Assembly: GCA_934096555.1 (NCBI GenBank)
Contig: CAKOMD010000002.1
Span: forward strand, 67,128-131,127
Direction: 5' to 3'
From: an uncultured Bacilli bacterium
Lineage (GTDB): Bacteria > Bacillota_I > Bacilli_A > RF39 > UBA660
DNA length: 64,000 bases
This document shows, piece after piece, positions 54,683-64,000 of the stretch (the stretch's first letter is position 1; each line of letters starts with the position of its first letter). The notes below the pieces were generated by a model. That model was not told the DNA's origin, did not search any database, and was given only the letters and a program-made list of their open reading frames with translations. The position numbers were made by a program, and so were the translations under genes.

Positions 54683-55716
54683 TACTCCTCATCCTTTCTA
54701 TCGAATTGTCTTAACATTCTAACATCATTAGTATATAAATATCTAATATCTGGAATGTTATATTTAAACATTGCTAATCTATCTAATCCTGTACCAAAAG
54801 CAAAACCAGTATATACTTCAGGGTCGTAGCCGCCCATTCTAAGTACATTAGGGTGAACCATACCTGCTCCTAGTACTTCTATCCAGCCAGTATTTTTACA
54901 TAGTGCACAGCCTTTACCACCACATTTAAAGCAAGATAAATCTACTTCAACACTAGGCTCAGTAAATGGGAAATAACTAGGTCTAAATCTAACTTTGGTA
55001 TTATCTCCAAGAATCTTTTTAGCAAATATTTCTAGCGTACCTTTAAGGTCTGCTAATGAGATATCTTTATCAATAACTAATCCTTCTACTTGACCAAATT
55101 GATGTGAATGAGTAGCATCATCATCTCTTCGATATACTTTACCAGGGCATATTATTCTAATAGGGCCTTTATCTTCATTTTCTTCCATAGTATGTGCCTG
55201 TGCACAAGATGTTTGCGTACGAAGTAAATACTCAGTATCAATATAGAAAGTATCTTGGGCATCTCTTGCGGGATGACCTTCAGGTACATTAAGTCTTTTG
55301 AAACAATATTCATCAGTTTCTACTTCATTGCCTGGTACTACATCATAACCCATACTAACAAATATATCTTCTACTTCTTCAATTATTCTATTAAATGGAT
55401 GTAAACTACCAGTAGCTATTTCTTCACTAGGAAGAGTAATATCAATAGCCTCTTTCTCTAACTTTCTATTAATTTCTTCAGTCTCTATTCTTGTTTTAAC
55501 CTCTTCAAATAGAGTATTAAAGTATGTTCTTACTTCATTAACCTTAATACCATACTCTTTCTTTTCTTCATTAGGTATTTCTCTTATTTTACTTTGAAGT
55601 AAAGTAATTACTCCTTCTTTACCTAAATACTTACTTTTGATATCATTTAGTTCATTTTGTTTAGTAATATGCTCTAAATCAGTATCAATACTCTTCTTTA
55701 TTTCTTCTATATTCAT
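54682..55716 (-). CDS. pheS: Phenylalanyl-tRNA synthetase alpha subunit
   Basis: HPARDAQDTFY, class II motifs, GFAFGTGLDRLAM. RBS AAGGAGGA before ATG 55716. Confidence 0.92.
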   Translation of the reverse strand: MNIEEIKKSIDTDLEHITKQNELNDIKSKYLGKEGVITLLQSKIREIPNEEKKEYGIKVNEVRTYFNTLFEEVKTRIETEEINRKLEKEAIDITLPSEEIATGSLHPFNRIIEEVEDIFVSMGYDVVPGNEVETDEYCFKRLNVPEGHPARDAQDTFYIDTEYLLRTQTSCAQAHTMEENEDKGPIRIICPGKVYRRDDDATHSHQFGQVEGLVIDKDISLADLKGTLEIFAKKILGDNTKVRFRPSYFPFTEPSVEVDLSCFKCGGKGCALCKNTGWIEVLGAGMVHPNVLRMGGYDPEVYTGFAFGTGLDRLAMFKYNIPDIRYLYTNDVRMLRQFDRKDEE

Positions 55717-55726
55717 AATATCCTCC

Positions 55727-56014
55727 TTAAGCATTTTCATATAATGCTATTATTTCTTTCTTATTTAAATTCTTTTCTAAAGATTTAATATCTTTTATAA
55801 ATTCATCATGATCTTTAGTTATATCTTCAGTCTTAGTTAATATTACTTTTTCTATATCTGATACTCCATATCTAATTAAATATAGACAGTTTAGATTAAC
55901 ATTTCTAGAGTTATTTATAAGTAATTCTAATAAGTATTTATTTTTACTATTAATTAATTCTTCATAACTAGCATAAGATATAAACTTAAATAAATAGTTT
56001 AGTTTATCTTCCAA
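55727..56014 (-). CDS. Hypothetical 95-aa protein between the T-box leader and pheS
   Basis: TTG start 56014 with RBS gaaggaagg 8 nt upstream. No recognised motif. Confidence 0.5.
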   Translation of the reverse strand: MEDKLNYLFKFISYASYEELINSKNKYLLELLINNSRNVNLNCLYLIRYGVSDIEKVILTKTEDITKDHDEFIKDIKSLEKNLNKKEIIALYENA

Positions 56015-56024
56015 TTTAATACCT

Positions 56025-56240
56025 TCCTTCTAAAAAAGAAAAAAGATAGTACCATAAAAGGACGAATTAATATCCGCGGTACCACCTTTCTTTATAACAT
56101 AAGTTATACTCTTAAATCTTTAACCTGATTAACGGTATAAAACTAAAGGGTGAATTCATACTAAATAATTAACTCTTCTTTCACCCTCTAAGAGCTCGCT
56201 AATAATTATTTTTATAGTATTACTACTTCCTCATCACTGT
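56025..56240 (-). promoter_or_regulatory. T-box riboswitch leader (Phe specifier)
   Basis: The minus strand reads ..gaaUUCAccc.. (UUC specifier followed by a purine). Conserved aaaggtggtaccgcgg (complement of 56078-56093), then terminator and T-run. Confidence 0.8.
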
Positions 56241-56244
56241 CTTA

Positions 56245-56787
56245 TTATATAGTCATTAAATCTTTTTCTTTCTCTTTTAATTTTTCATCTACAATTTTAT
56301 TATATTCATTAATTAAATCTTGTACTCTTTCATTACCTCTTTTTTCTTCATCCTCAGGTAATTCTAAGTTTTCTAATGCTTTATTAGCATCTTGTCTAAT
56401 ATTTCTAAGAGCTATTTTTGCTTCTTCTCCCAATCCTTTAACTTGTTTTACTAGTTCTTTTCTTCTATCTTCAGTAAGTGGCGGTATTACTATAAACACT
56501 ATTTCTCCATTGTTATTAGGAGTTACTCCTAAATTAGCTTCGAAGATAGCTTTTTCTATTGCTCCAAGACATGATCTATCAAATGGTTTAATAGATAATT
56601 GTCTAGCTTCAGGTATAGATATATTTGCTAAACTTTTAAGTGGTGTTGGTACTCCATAATACTCTACCATAATACCATCTAACATATTAGGATTAGCTCT
56701 ACCTGCCCTTACATTAGTAAACTTGTTTTCTAAAGATTCAATTGTTAACATCATCTTTTCTTCTGTACTATTTAATATTTCTTCCAT
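56245..56787 (-). CDS. frr: Ribosome recycling factor
   Basis: RAGRANPNMLDGIMVEYYG.PTPL..LANISIPEAR.L.I.PFD; 180 aa. Confidence 0.92.
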   Translation of the reverse strand: MEEILNSTEEKMMLTIESLENKFTNVRAGRANPNMLDGIMVEYYGVPTPLKSLANISIPEARQLSIKPFDRSCLGAIEKAIFEANLGVTPNNNGEIVFIVIPPLTEDRRKELVKQVKGLGEEAKIALRNIRQDANKALENLELPEDEEKRGNERVQDLINEYNKIVDEKLKEKEKDLMTI

Positions 56788-56871
56788 ATAATCTCCTTTT
56801 TTACATTAAATAATATAACATACTTTTATGATTTATACAATATTTTTTATTATTTTTATATTCTTTTTATT

Positions 56872-56965
56872 CAGTTCAAGCCTTAATAAATTAAGTCTTT
56901 CACTGTTATCTTAAGCCTTATTCTAAGTCTTAAGATAATATATCTACATATCTATTATATATAAG
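56872..56965. repeat. Composite intergenic repeat (reverse orientation)
   Basis: Degenerate hairpin, then hairpin ttatcttaag[ccttattctaagt]cttaagataa, then box aatatatctacatatctattatatataag (56937-56965). The box is the exact reverse complement of 3985-4013. Confidence 0.85.
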
Positions 56966-57045
56966 CCATATCTATATACTAAAAGAAAGATATTAGTCAT
57001 ACCTTTCTTAGTAAAATATTTATAAAGAGGATTGTTATTTTATTA

Positions 57046-58626
57046 TTAAACAGATAACTGATATGGCTTGGTTGAAGAACCATCTCCTGACACAATTATT
57101 GGTTTAGCGCTGAGATATAGGACTGGAAAAACACCATGAGTAATGTACACAGGAATGATGCCCTCATAGCCAGACGACAGTACAATCCATGCACCGTACG
57201 AATCACCAGAATTAGGAGTTAATAACCATCCCCAATTAGAAGTGCCTAAAATTGCTTTCATCCAATTATATGATGTACAAGTAGAATTACTATAATTATT
57301 CAAGTTCTGTTTACACTTGTTCAAATCGACTGCATAGCCATAATCGCTTGGATATGCTAGTGCTATCTTTCCTGTCCATGCTGTTGGTCTTCCGGAATAT
57401 ACTGTCGTTCCTCTTTCATATTCATAAATTTGATTAGAATATATAGAACTACTACTATAACCTCCAATATTCCATGTTTCTTCAGATATAAGTTCCCGTG
57501 TTACATCATTTTTTATTCCTGTACTTGTAAAATCACAATTCTTCGTAGCATTATTTTGCTCATAATAACATTTGCCTGATGCACTATTATAGTATAAGCT
57601 CTGTCCTAAGCCATTATCATTAGAATCCGTTGTATAATAGTCACTTGGATTTAAAAGTTTCATTAATCTTGCTGTCGTCCAGTCATTTTTACCAGAATCA
57701 TCTTCTGCACCTGTACTTTTATTCTTGTTGTCCCATGAATATTGTCCTATTTGACTACCTCTTATTAGTTTTAATTTGCCATCAAATACTCCTATTATTC
57801 GCCATGTTTCACATGTACTAGATGTTTGATTACTATAGTCAGAGCAATTAAAATAAATATAATTTTTTGGACTTGCTCCATAATATCTTATATTACCACC
57901 ATCTAAATCAGTTGTAGTACCTCCTAATCTATCATTCATTAAGGATACTGATGGTGCTGTATTATATGTAATACCATTATTTGTTACTGTTGTTTTTGAA
58001 GCGTTAGTATATAACTCTACAATAGTGTCTGCAGCCGTTGGTGTTTTAACTACTGCTCCTTCTCCATCAGCATGTAATTTAAAACTAAATGTTTTATTCA
58101 TCATAGTATTTGGATTAGTATAGTTAGCACCATCTATCCATATGTATAATGTATATGATGTCTTTGATGTAGATATACTTTCATTAGTTAATAATACTAT
58201 ATGATTAGTATTATTCTTAGTACAAGTAACTGTATTACTAGTTAGATAACTATCACTAAAGTTTCCTTCTTTTACTTTGGTTGTACCTTTATATAATTCA
58301 TATCTAAAACTTTTATCTTTTAATCCTGTATCTATACTAGTTATATCTAAATACATATTAAATACTAATCCTGCAGTATCTGCCTTTACACTTATATTCT
58401 TTATTATACCTTTACTTTTATCTGATACTGGTCTTAGATTAGCATTTATATCACTTCCTCCATTAAAGGTAACTGTAGCTGCTCCTATTCCTGCAACTAT
58501 TTTTGTAGTATCACTATCAGAAGTAGTCCACACATAATAAGCATAAGTACTACTTACTGCGATAGTTATTACTAATACTATTAAACCAAATAGCATAAAT
58601 TTCTTTGCTTTATTATTTTCTTCCAT
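57046..58626 (-). CDS. Membrane-anchored secreted protein: TasA/camelysin-like N-terminal module plus Cys-containing C-terminal domain
   Basis: N-terminal anchor ..AVSSTYAYYVWTT (resembles SipW-type signal peptides). YTLYIWIDG beta-sandwich-like segment. C-terminal 320 aa paralogous to ORF 15-1454. Confidence 0.65.
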   Translation of the reverse strand: MEENNKAKKFMLFGLIVLVITIAVSSTYAYYVWTTSDSDTTKIVAGIGAATVTFNGGSDINANLRPVSDKSKGIIKNISVKADTAGLVFNMYLDITSIDTGLKDKSFRYELYKGTTKVKEGNFSDSYLTSNTVTCTKNNTNHIVLLTNESISTSKTSYTLYIWIDGANYTNPNTMMNKTFSFKLHADGEGAVVKTPTAADTIVELYTNASKTTVTNNGITYNTAPSVSLMNDRLGGTTTDLDGGNIRYYGASPKNYIYFNCSDYSNQTSSTCETWRIIGVFDGKLKLIRGSQIGQYSWDNKNKSTGAEDDSGKNDWTTARLMKLLNPSDYYTTDSNDNGLGQSLYYNSASGKCYYEQNNATKNCDFTSTGIKNDVTRELISEETWNIGGYSSSSIYSNQIYEYERGTTVYSGRPTAWTGKIALAYPSDYGYAVDLNKCKQNLNNYSNSTCTSYNWMKAILGTSNWGWLLTPNSGDSYGAWIVLSSGYEGIIPVYITHGVFPVLYLSAKPIIVSGDGSSTKPYQLSV

Positions 58627-59180
58627 TACTTATCACCACTTTCTATACTAATAGTTATATTTCCTTTGTATATGCTAGATAGTATATCACTAGAATTACT
58701 ATCATTTACTAGACTTCCATCTAACCATACATATACTGTTAATTCTTTTACTGTACTTGTTATTGCTATATCTTTATATATAGCTAAACTACCAGTTTTT
58801 GTTACTGTACCATTAGCTACTTTATTAGTACCATCTAATACTTGATACTTTAATACTCCACTTGTTAATAAGATACTACTTGTTGTTGTATCAGTATTTA
58901 AATATAATGTACCAGTACCATTACTAATAGTACAAGTATCTTTTAAATTAACTTTAATTACCGAAGATAAACCTCCAGTATAAGTACTTGCTAAACTAAA
59001 ATTAGCAGGATTACTATCACTACCTATATCTTGTCCTTTAACATAATTAACATCAAAACATTCACTAGTACCTCCAATATTAACACTACTACTCCATGAT
59101 AACCAAGCATAAGTAATACTTACTGATACTATTACTATTAATAATACTATTAATAAACTATATAATAATTTTTTATTCAT
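58626..59180 (-). CDS. TasA/camelysin-like small secreted protein
   Basis: MNKKLLYSLLIVLLIVIVSVSITYAWLSW.. and ..LTVYVWLDG... ATGA overlap with the downstream gene. Confidence 0.55.
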   Translation of the reverse strand: MNKKLLYSLLIVLLIVIVSVSITYAWLSWSSSVNIGGTSECFDVNYVKGQDIGSDSNPANFSLASTYTGGLSSVIKVNLKDTCTISNGTGTLYLNTDTTTSSILLTSGVLKYQVLDGTNKVANGTVTKTGSLAIYKDIAITSTVKELTVYVWLDGSLVNDSNSSDILSSIYKGNITISIESGDK

Positions 59181-59308
59181 TCTAATACCTTCTTTCTATA
59201 ACATAAAAAGACTATAAAGAAAGACTAATATTTCTATTAGTTCTCTTTATAGCCTTTATATTACTTAATAAATTACTTGTAAAGTCTTTATTTGTAAGAG
59301 TTAATAGA

Positions 59309-59368
59309 CTAACAAGCCCCCCCCCTAATTAACAAATAGTTAACGTTTCTATTTATCATTTTTTTCAT
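59309..59368 (-). CDS. 19-codon ORF containing a G9 tract
   Basis: GGAGG lies 8 nt upstream of ATG 59368. MKKMINRNVNYLLIRGGAC-stop. The C9 run on the + strand is at 59317-59325. Confidence 0.35.
   Translation of the reverse strand: MKKMINRNVNYLLIRGGAC
59317..59325. repeat. Homopolymeric C9/G9 tract
   Basis: Nine consecutive C on the + strand. It is the only long G/C homopolymer I noticed in the window. Confidence 0.95.
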
Positions 59369-59495
59369 AAGAAGGGCCTCCTTTCTCATATAATTTATAG
59401 TTTTCATACATAAATTATATCTATTACCTTACGTATAAAATGATACCATAAGTAATGATATTTTGCAATAAGTATTTAAAAAATAAATAAACTTT

Positions 59496-59547
59496 CATAA
59501 CATAGATCCTAGGCTATGTTATGCCTCTTAAGACATTAGCTTAAGAG
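59496..59547. repeat. Loop-conserved hairpin pair
   Basis: cataacatag[ATCCTAGG]ctatgttatg and ctcttaag[ACATTAG]cttaagag. Confidence 0.8.
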
Positions 59548-59585
59548 AAAAAAGAAAAGAGATACCTAAATTAATAGATATCTCT
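59547..59585 (-). terminator. Intrinsic terminator after rplQ
   Basis: Minus strand: agagata..tatctct stem followed by tttcttttttc. Confidence 0.6.
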
Positions 59586-59590
59586 ATATA

Positions 59591-59932
59591 TTAAACTAGT
59601 TCTAAAATAACTTCTAGAGCAGAATCTCCTTTTCTTTCAGTCATCTTAATAATTCTAGTATAACCACCATTTCTATCTTTGTATCTAACTGCTAAATCAT
59701 TAAATACTTTATCAACGGCTTTCTTATCATTATGTAAAAATGCAAGGGCAAGTCTTCTTGATACTAAAGTACCTTTTTTACCATAAGTTACCATTTTATC
59801 AAAACTCTTTCTAACTTCTTTAGCTCTAGTTTCAGTAGTAACTATTCTTTCATTTTCAATTAGTTGTTTAGTTAAAGTAGCTAACATACTTCTTCTATGT
59901 TTATTATCTCTACCTAATTTTCTATATGCCAT
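59591..59932 (-). CDS. rplQ: 50S ribosomal protein L17
   Basis: [20 protein letters not shown].. ; follows rpoA. Confidence 0.93.
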   Translation of the reverse strand: MAYRKLGRDNKHRRSMLATLTKQLIENERIVTTETRAKEVRKSFDKMVTYGKKGTLVSRRLALAFLHNDKKAVDKVFNDLAVRYKDRNGGYTRIIKMTERKGDSALEVILELV

Positions 59933-59946
59933 AATTACCTCCTCTA

Positions 59947-60909
59947 TTAATTTTCATCCTTAAATGTAAGACCCATGTCTTTAACTTTATCCATTACTTC
60001 TTTTAATGACTTCTTACCAAGATTTCTAATCTTCATCATTTCATTTTCAGTCTTATCAACTAAATCTTTTAAAGTAAGAATATTAGCTCTCTTTAAGCAA
60101 TTATATGCTCTTACAGAGAAGTCTAAATCATCAATAGAAGTTTCTAATATCTTAACAGCAGGGTCTTCACTCTTAGATATCATAAGTCCTGTTTCATCTG
60201 CAATTGAGTTAAGTTCAGTTAATACTTCAAAATGCTCAATTAAGATTCTAGCAGCTAGTGCTAAAGCTTCTTCAGGAGTAATTGAACCATTAGTCCATAC
60301 TTCAAGAATTAATTTATCATAATTATTATTTTGACCTACTCTAGCATTTTCTACTTCATAGTTAATTCTTTCAATAGGAGAATATAAACTATCAATAGCA
60401 ATTGCTCCTACTTTAGTCTTATTATTTTGAGCAAGTATCTTCTTATTATCTTCTGCTACTATATATCCTCTTCCTGATCCAATAGTCATTTCCATGTTTA
60501 ATTTTCCACCTTCAACAAGTGTAGCAATAACATGATCAGGATTTAATATCTCTATATCAGCATCAGCTTCGATATCACCAGCAGTAACTACTCCTGGAGT
60601 ATCCTTTTTAAGTCTTAATATTTTATCAGTATCTTTAGAATGATTCTTAATTACTACTCCCTTTAAATTTAATACAATAGCAGTAACATCTTCGATAACT
60701 CCATCAATTTTTTGAAATTCGTGAGCTACTCCATCTATTTTAACTGAAGTTATAGCATCACCAGGAAGTGATGATAACATAACTCTTCTAAGTGCATTAC
60801 CTAAAGTTGTTCCAAATCCTCTTTCTAGTGGTTCAAGTTCAAATTTACCATAGAAAGAATCTTTTACATATTCTTTTACCTTATAATCAGGTTTTTCAAA
60901 TTTTAACAT
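59947..60909 (-). CDS. rpoA: DNA-directed RNA polymerase alpha subunit
   Basis: [27 protein letters not shown].. and a C-terminal domain. Start at ATG 60909 with RBS aaggaag. Confidence 0.93.
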   Translation of the reverse strand: MLKFEKPDYKVKEYVKDSFYGKFELEPLERGFGTTLGNALRRVMLSSLPGDAITSVKIDGVAHEFQKIDGVIEDVTAIVLNLKGVVIKNHSKDTDKILRLKKDTPGVVTAGDIEADADIEILNPDHVIATLVEGGKLNMEMTIGSGRGYIVAEDNKKILAQNNKTKVGAIAIDSLYSPIERINYEVENARVGQNNNYDKLILEVWTNGSITPEEALALAARILIEHFEVLTELNSIADETGLMISKSEDPAVKILETSIDDLDFSVRAYNCLKRANILTLKDLVDKTENEMMKIRNLGKKSLKEVMDKVKDMGLTFKDEN

Positions 60910-60929
60910 TAGACACGCTTCCTTTCTTA

Positions 60930-61316
60930 TTATCCACGTCTTCTTTTTGGTGGACGACAACCATTATGTGGAATTGGTGTTACATCAGTTATTGATTCTA
61001 TTTCTAATCCAGCAGTTTGTAAAGATCTAATTGCAGCTTCTCTACCAGAGCCTAAACCTTTAACTTCAACTTTTACTTTCTTCATACCAGCTGCTACTGC
61101 ATCTCTTCCAGCAGCTTCAGCAGACATACCAGCAGCAAATGGAGTAGATTTCTTACTACCTTTTACTCCTTGTTTTCCAGAAGAAGCCCAGCTTACAACA
61201 TTTCCTTCTAAGTCAGTAATAGTTACGATTGTGTTGTTGAATGTTGAATGAATATGAGCTACACCAGCAGGAATATTCTTTTTAGTTTTTCTTTTTCTTG
61301 AATTATATTTTCCCAT
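60930..61316 (-). CDS. rpsK: 30S ribosomal protein S11
   Basis: [23 protein letters not shown]; C-terminal [12 protein letters not shown]. Confidence 0.93.
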   Translation of the reverse strand: MGKYNSRKRKTKKNIPAGVAHIHSTFNNTIVTITDLEGNVVSWASSGKQGVKGSKKSTPFAAGMSAEAAGRDAVAAGMKKVKVEVKGLGSGREAAIRSLQTAGLEIESITDVTPIPHNGCRPPKRRRG

Positions 61317-61329
61317 ATTTTCCTCCTAA

Positions 61330-61695
61330 TTATTTTTTCTTATTAGCAACAACTTTTCCTTTACCTTTACGAGTTCTAGCATTTCTATTAGTTCTTTGTC
61401 CTCTTACTGGTAAATTCTTTTTATGTCTTGTACCTTGATAAGAATTAATTTCCATCTTAGTTTTAATATTTAAGTTAATTTCTCTTCTTAAATCACCTTC
61501 GGTTAAGTATTTATCTACTTCTTTTCTGATTCTAGAAAGTTCATCATCAGTTAAATCCTTAGCCTTTTTATTTAAGTCAACTTTAGCATCATTAAGAATT
61601 GTTTTAGATAATTGTCTTCCAATACCATAAATGTATGTAAGAGATATCTCAATTCTTTTATCGTTAGGTATATCTACACCTTTAATTCTTGCCAT
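61330..61695 (-). CDS. rpsM: 30S ribosomal protein S13
   Basis: [26 protein letters not shown].. Confidence 0.93.
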   Translation of the reverse strand: MARIKGVDIPNDKRIEISLTYIYGIGRQLSKTILNDAKVDLNKKAKDLTDDELSRIRKEVDKYLTEGDLRREINLNIKTKMEINSYQGTRHKKNLPVRGQRTNRNARTRKGKGKVVANKKK

Positions 61696-61713
61696 ATTAT
61701 TATTTCCTCCCTA

Positions 61714-61827
61714 TTAACCTTGTTTTTGTTTGTGTTTTGGATTTTCACAAATAACCATTACTTTACCTTTTCTTTTAATAATTTTACATTTGTCGCATAT
61801 TTTCTTTACGGATGCTCTTACTTTCAT
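61714..61827 (-). CDS. rpmJ: 50S ribosomal protein L36
   Basis: Hand translation gives [37 protein letters not shown]. Not in the ORF track because it is under 60 aa. Confidence 0.9.
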   Translation of the reverse strand: MKVRASVKKICDKCKIIKRKGKVMVICENPKHKQKQG

Positions 61828-61839
61828 TATTCATCCCTC

Positions 61840-62067
61840 CTATTTCTTATTATATACAATACGCCCTTGTGTTAGATCGTATGGTGACATAGCTAAAACC
61901 ACAGTATCACCTGGTAAGATACGTATGTTGTTCATGCGCATTTTACCAGAAACATGGGCAACTACTATGTGGCCTCCATCAAGTTCAACTTTGAATTTTC
62001 CTTGAGGTAAATTATCAAGTACTTTTCCTTCTACTTCGATTAACTCTTCTCTACTCACATTTATCAT
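61840..62067 (-). CDS. infA: Translation initiation factor IF-1
   Basis: ..IEVEGKV...LP.GKF.VEL..GH.V.AH.SGKMR...IRILPGD.V...SPYDL..GRI.YN. The true start may be GTG 62058, which gives 72 aa. Confidence 0.9.
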   Translation of the reverse strand: MINVSREELIEVEGKVLDNLPQGKFKVELDGGHIVVAHVSGKMRMNNIRILPGDTVVLAMSPYDLTQGRIVYNKK

Positions 62068-62809
62068 CTCCTGTTAGTATTTCATAACCATCGTCAGTAA
62101 CAATAATTGTATGTTCAAAATGAGCTGATGGTTTATTATCACCTGTAACTATTGTCCAATCATCATCAAGTAAGTATACTTTAGCAGTACCTAAATTAAG
62201 CATAGGTTCTACGGCAATAGTCATTCCTTTTTTTAAAATTATTCCAGTACCAGCTTTTCCATAGTTAGGTACTTCCGGATCTTCATGCAAGTGTGATCCA
62301 ATACCATGACCTACTAGTTCTTTAACAACTCCTAGTTTATGCTTTTTAGCATATTCTTCAATAGCATTAGATACATCACCAAGATGAACTCCATCTTTAA
62401 CTTTACTTAATCCTTCATATAAAGCCTTCTCAGTATGAGTAAGTAAATATTCCTTCTCTTTTGATACAGTTCCTACTCTATAACTCCAAGCAGAATCACC
62501 ATGATATCCTTTGTAGCAGGCACATATATCTAAAGTAACAATATCACCATTCTTAAGTTTTCTCTTTCCTGGTATACCATGTACTACTTCTTCATTAACT
62601 GAAATACATATACTCGCAGGATAACCTTCATATCCTAAACATGATGGCGTAGCATCTCTACTTATGATATAATCATGAGCTAGTTTATCTAACTCACCAG
62701 TAGTAATACCAGGTTTTATATAAGGTTTTAAATACTGATGAGTATCATAAACAATTCTTCCTGCCACTCTCATTAAGGATAATTCATAATCACTTTTAAT
62801 AGTTATCAT
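62051..62809 (-). CDS. map: Methionine aminopeptidase type I
   Basis: ..VHGIP....L..GDIV..D......GY.GD...T..VG.. and ..GHG.G...HE.P.. motifs. 252 aa. Confidence 0.92.
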   Translation of the reverse strand: MITIKSDYELSLMRVAGRIVYDTHQYLKPYIKPGITTGELDKLAHDYIISRDATPSCLGYEGYPASICISVNEEVVHGIPGKRKLKNGDIVTLDICACYKGYHGDSAWSYRVGTVSKEKEYLLTHTEKALYEGLSKVKDGVHLGDVSNAIEEYAKKHKLGVVKELVGHGIGSHLHEDPEVPNYGKAGTGIILKKGMTIAVEPMLNLGTAKVYLLDDDWTIVTGDNKPSAHFEHTIIVTDDGYEILTGDDKCE

Positions 62810-63459
62810 TTTATTACCTTCTCTACTTCTTCAAAAACTTCATCTGAACTTTTATCATTAACATTAATTTTAACTAAATTATTCTTCTTCTCATAATAGT
62901 TCACTAGTGGAAAAGTCTCTTCTATATAGGTATCAAATCTATGTTTAAAAGTCTCTTCAGTATCATCACTTCTAGATTTCAAAGGGCCACCACAGTTATC
63001 ACATATTCCCTCTCTAACTGGAGATAAATCTTTATCTTCTAAGTTATAAGAAAGTTCACATCGAGGGCATACCAATCTAGATAATGCTCTTTTCATTGCA
63101 GTATCTTTATCAATATCTAGGAATATTACCTTACCTAAATCAAACTCTAGTTCCTCAAGTAATTTATCATAGACAACTGCCTGATTAACATTTCTAGGAT
63201 AACCATCTAAGATATAGCCTTTTTTACAATCTTTATTTGATAATCTCTTTTTTAATAATTTAGTTATTACTTCATCTGAAACAAATTCTCCCTTAGCCAT
63301 AGCATCTTTAATTTCAATACCAAGCTTAGTAGAGTTCTTTATTTCGTCTCTTAAAAGGTCACCAGTGGATATATGAGGAATATTATATTTTTCACAGATT
63401 CTCGCAGATACTGTTCCCTTACCCGCAGCAGGTGGGGCAATAAATATAATATTCTTCAT
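62806..63459 (-). CDS. adk: Adenylate kinase
   Basis: P-loop APPAAGKGT, and a LID with CPRC..x..CDNCG zinc knuckles. Confidence 0.92.
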   Translation of the reverse strand: MKNIIFIAPPAAGKGTVSARICEKYNIPHISTGDLLRDEIKNSTKLGIEIKDAMAKGEFVSDEVITKLLKKRLSNKDCKKGYILDGYPRNVNQAVVYDKLLEELEFDLGKVIFLDIDKDTAMKRALSRLVCPRCELSYNLEDKDLSPVREGICDNCGGPLKSRSDDTEETFKHRFDTYIEETFPLVNYYEKKNNLVKINVNDKSSDEVFEEVEKVIK

Positions 63460-64000
63460 TATCTAGCTCCTTTATAATTTCTATTAATTAAACTACTTTC
63501 TAATTGTTTACAAGTTTCAATAGCAACTCCTACAACGATAAGCACTCCTGTACCACCAATACTAACTGATGCTGGAAGTCCAGTAGATATAAAACTACTG
63601 AATACTATCGGAAGTCCTGCTATTACAGCAATAAATGTTGAACCTAAGAAAGTAATTCTATAAAGTATTTTCTTAATATACTTCTCAGTTTCTATTCCAG
63701 GTCTAATACCAGGAATATATCCACCACTCTTATTTAAGTTCTTAGCAAGTTCTTTTGGATTAATTTGCATATTAGTATAGAAGTAACCAAATACAAATAT
63801 TAATATTATATAAAGTACAAATCCTGTTGGAGTAGTATAATTTATATAATTAGTTACAAACTTAGTAAATCCAGAATCACTACCTAAGATACCACCAATA
63901 AAAGTAGGTATTGATAATATTACTGATGCAAAGATTACGGGCATTACACCAGCAGAATTTAATTTAAATGGAATATAACTTTGTTTTTGACCATAAGCAG
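63459..64000 (-). CDS. secY: Preprotein translocase SecY (C-terminal part; continues beyond the window)
   Basis: C-terminal TM helices, ..KSGGYIPGIRPG..T..YI motif, position upstream of adk. The ORF is open to the window edge. Confidence 0.9.
   Translation of the reverse strand, partial: AYGQKQSYIPFKLNSAGVMPVIFASVILSIPTFIGGILGSDSGFTKFVTNYINYTTPTGFVLYIILIFVFGYFYTNMQINPKELAKNLNKSGGYIPGIRPGIETEKYIKKILYRITFLGSTFIAVIAGLPIVFSSFISTGLPASVSIGGTGVLIVVGVAIETCKQLESSLINRNYKGAR

Overview
This is a very AT-rich chromosomal segment from a low-GC endospore-forming Firmicute. All protein calls rest on motif recognition by eye, because no searches could be run.

**Backbone genes.**
- Housekeeping: relA-dtd, aspS, pheST, frr, mnmA, nusB-xseAB, lgt, rarA, tcdA, and the rpoA/rplQ...adk/secY ribosomal cluster.
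- Sporulation: ylbD/ylbE-like, a spoIIAA-like gene followed by a sigF-like gene, spoIIM, spoIVB, yqfC/yqfD, and a cotZ-like gene.

**Terminus and prophage.** Coding polarity flips at about 29 kb: genes are mostly on + to the left and mostly on - to the right. At that point sits a 28-bp dif-like site. Immediately next to it is a 5.7-kb element that looks like a filamentous ssDNA phage and has no integrase. It carries an HUH Rep, a Zot-like ATPase, a 68-aa coat-like protein, overlapping small membrane ORFs and a divergent XRE repressor. A second dif-like site bounds it. I read this as a candidate Xer-exploiting prophage (IMEX) at the replication terminus.

**Other non-standard content.**
- A dispersed family of paired hairpins with variable stems but conserved 8-nt loops (CCTAAGGT / CCTGTAGT). 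Five loci also carry a conserved 29-nt box.
- A ToxN-type type III toxin-antitoxin locus with 49-nt RNA repeats. A 100-bp copy of its promoter and antitoxin region also lies on the far side of the toxin gene.
- A G9 tract inside a 19-codon ORF with a strong SD, upstream of a TasA-like secreted-protein operon.
- About 0.7-kb inverted paralogous segments nearly equidistant from dif.
- A tiny sRNA with a perfect consensus promoter, convergent on a nuclease-like gene.
- A standalone TnpB element with a likely omega-RNA region.
- Two T-box leaders, a 6S-like ncRNA candidate, and a gene split at an A7 slippery run.

No rRNA, tRNA or CRISPR array was seen.
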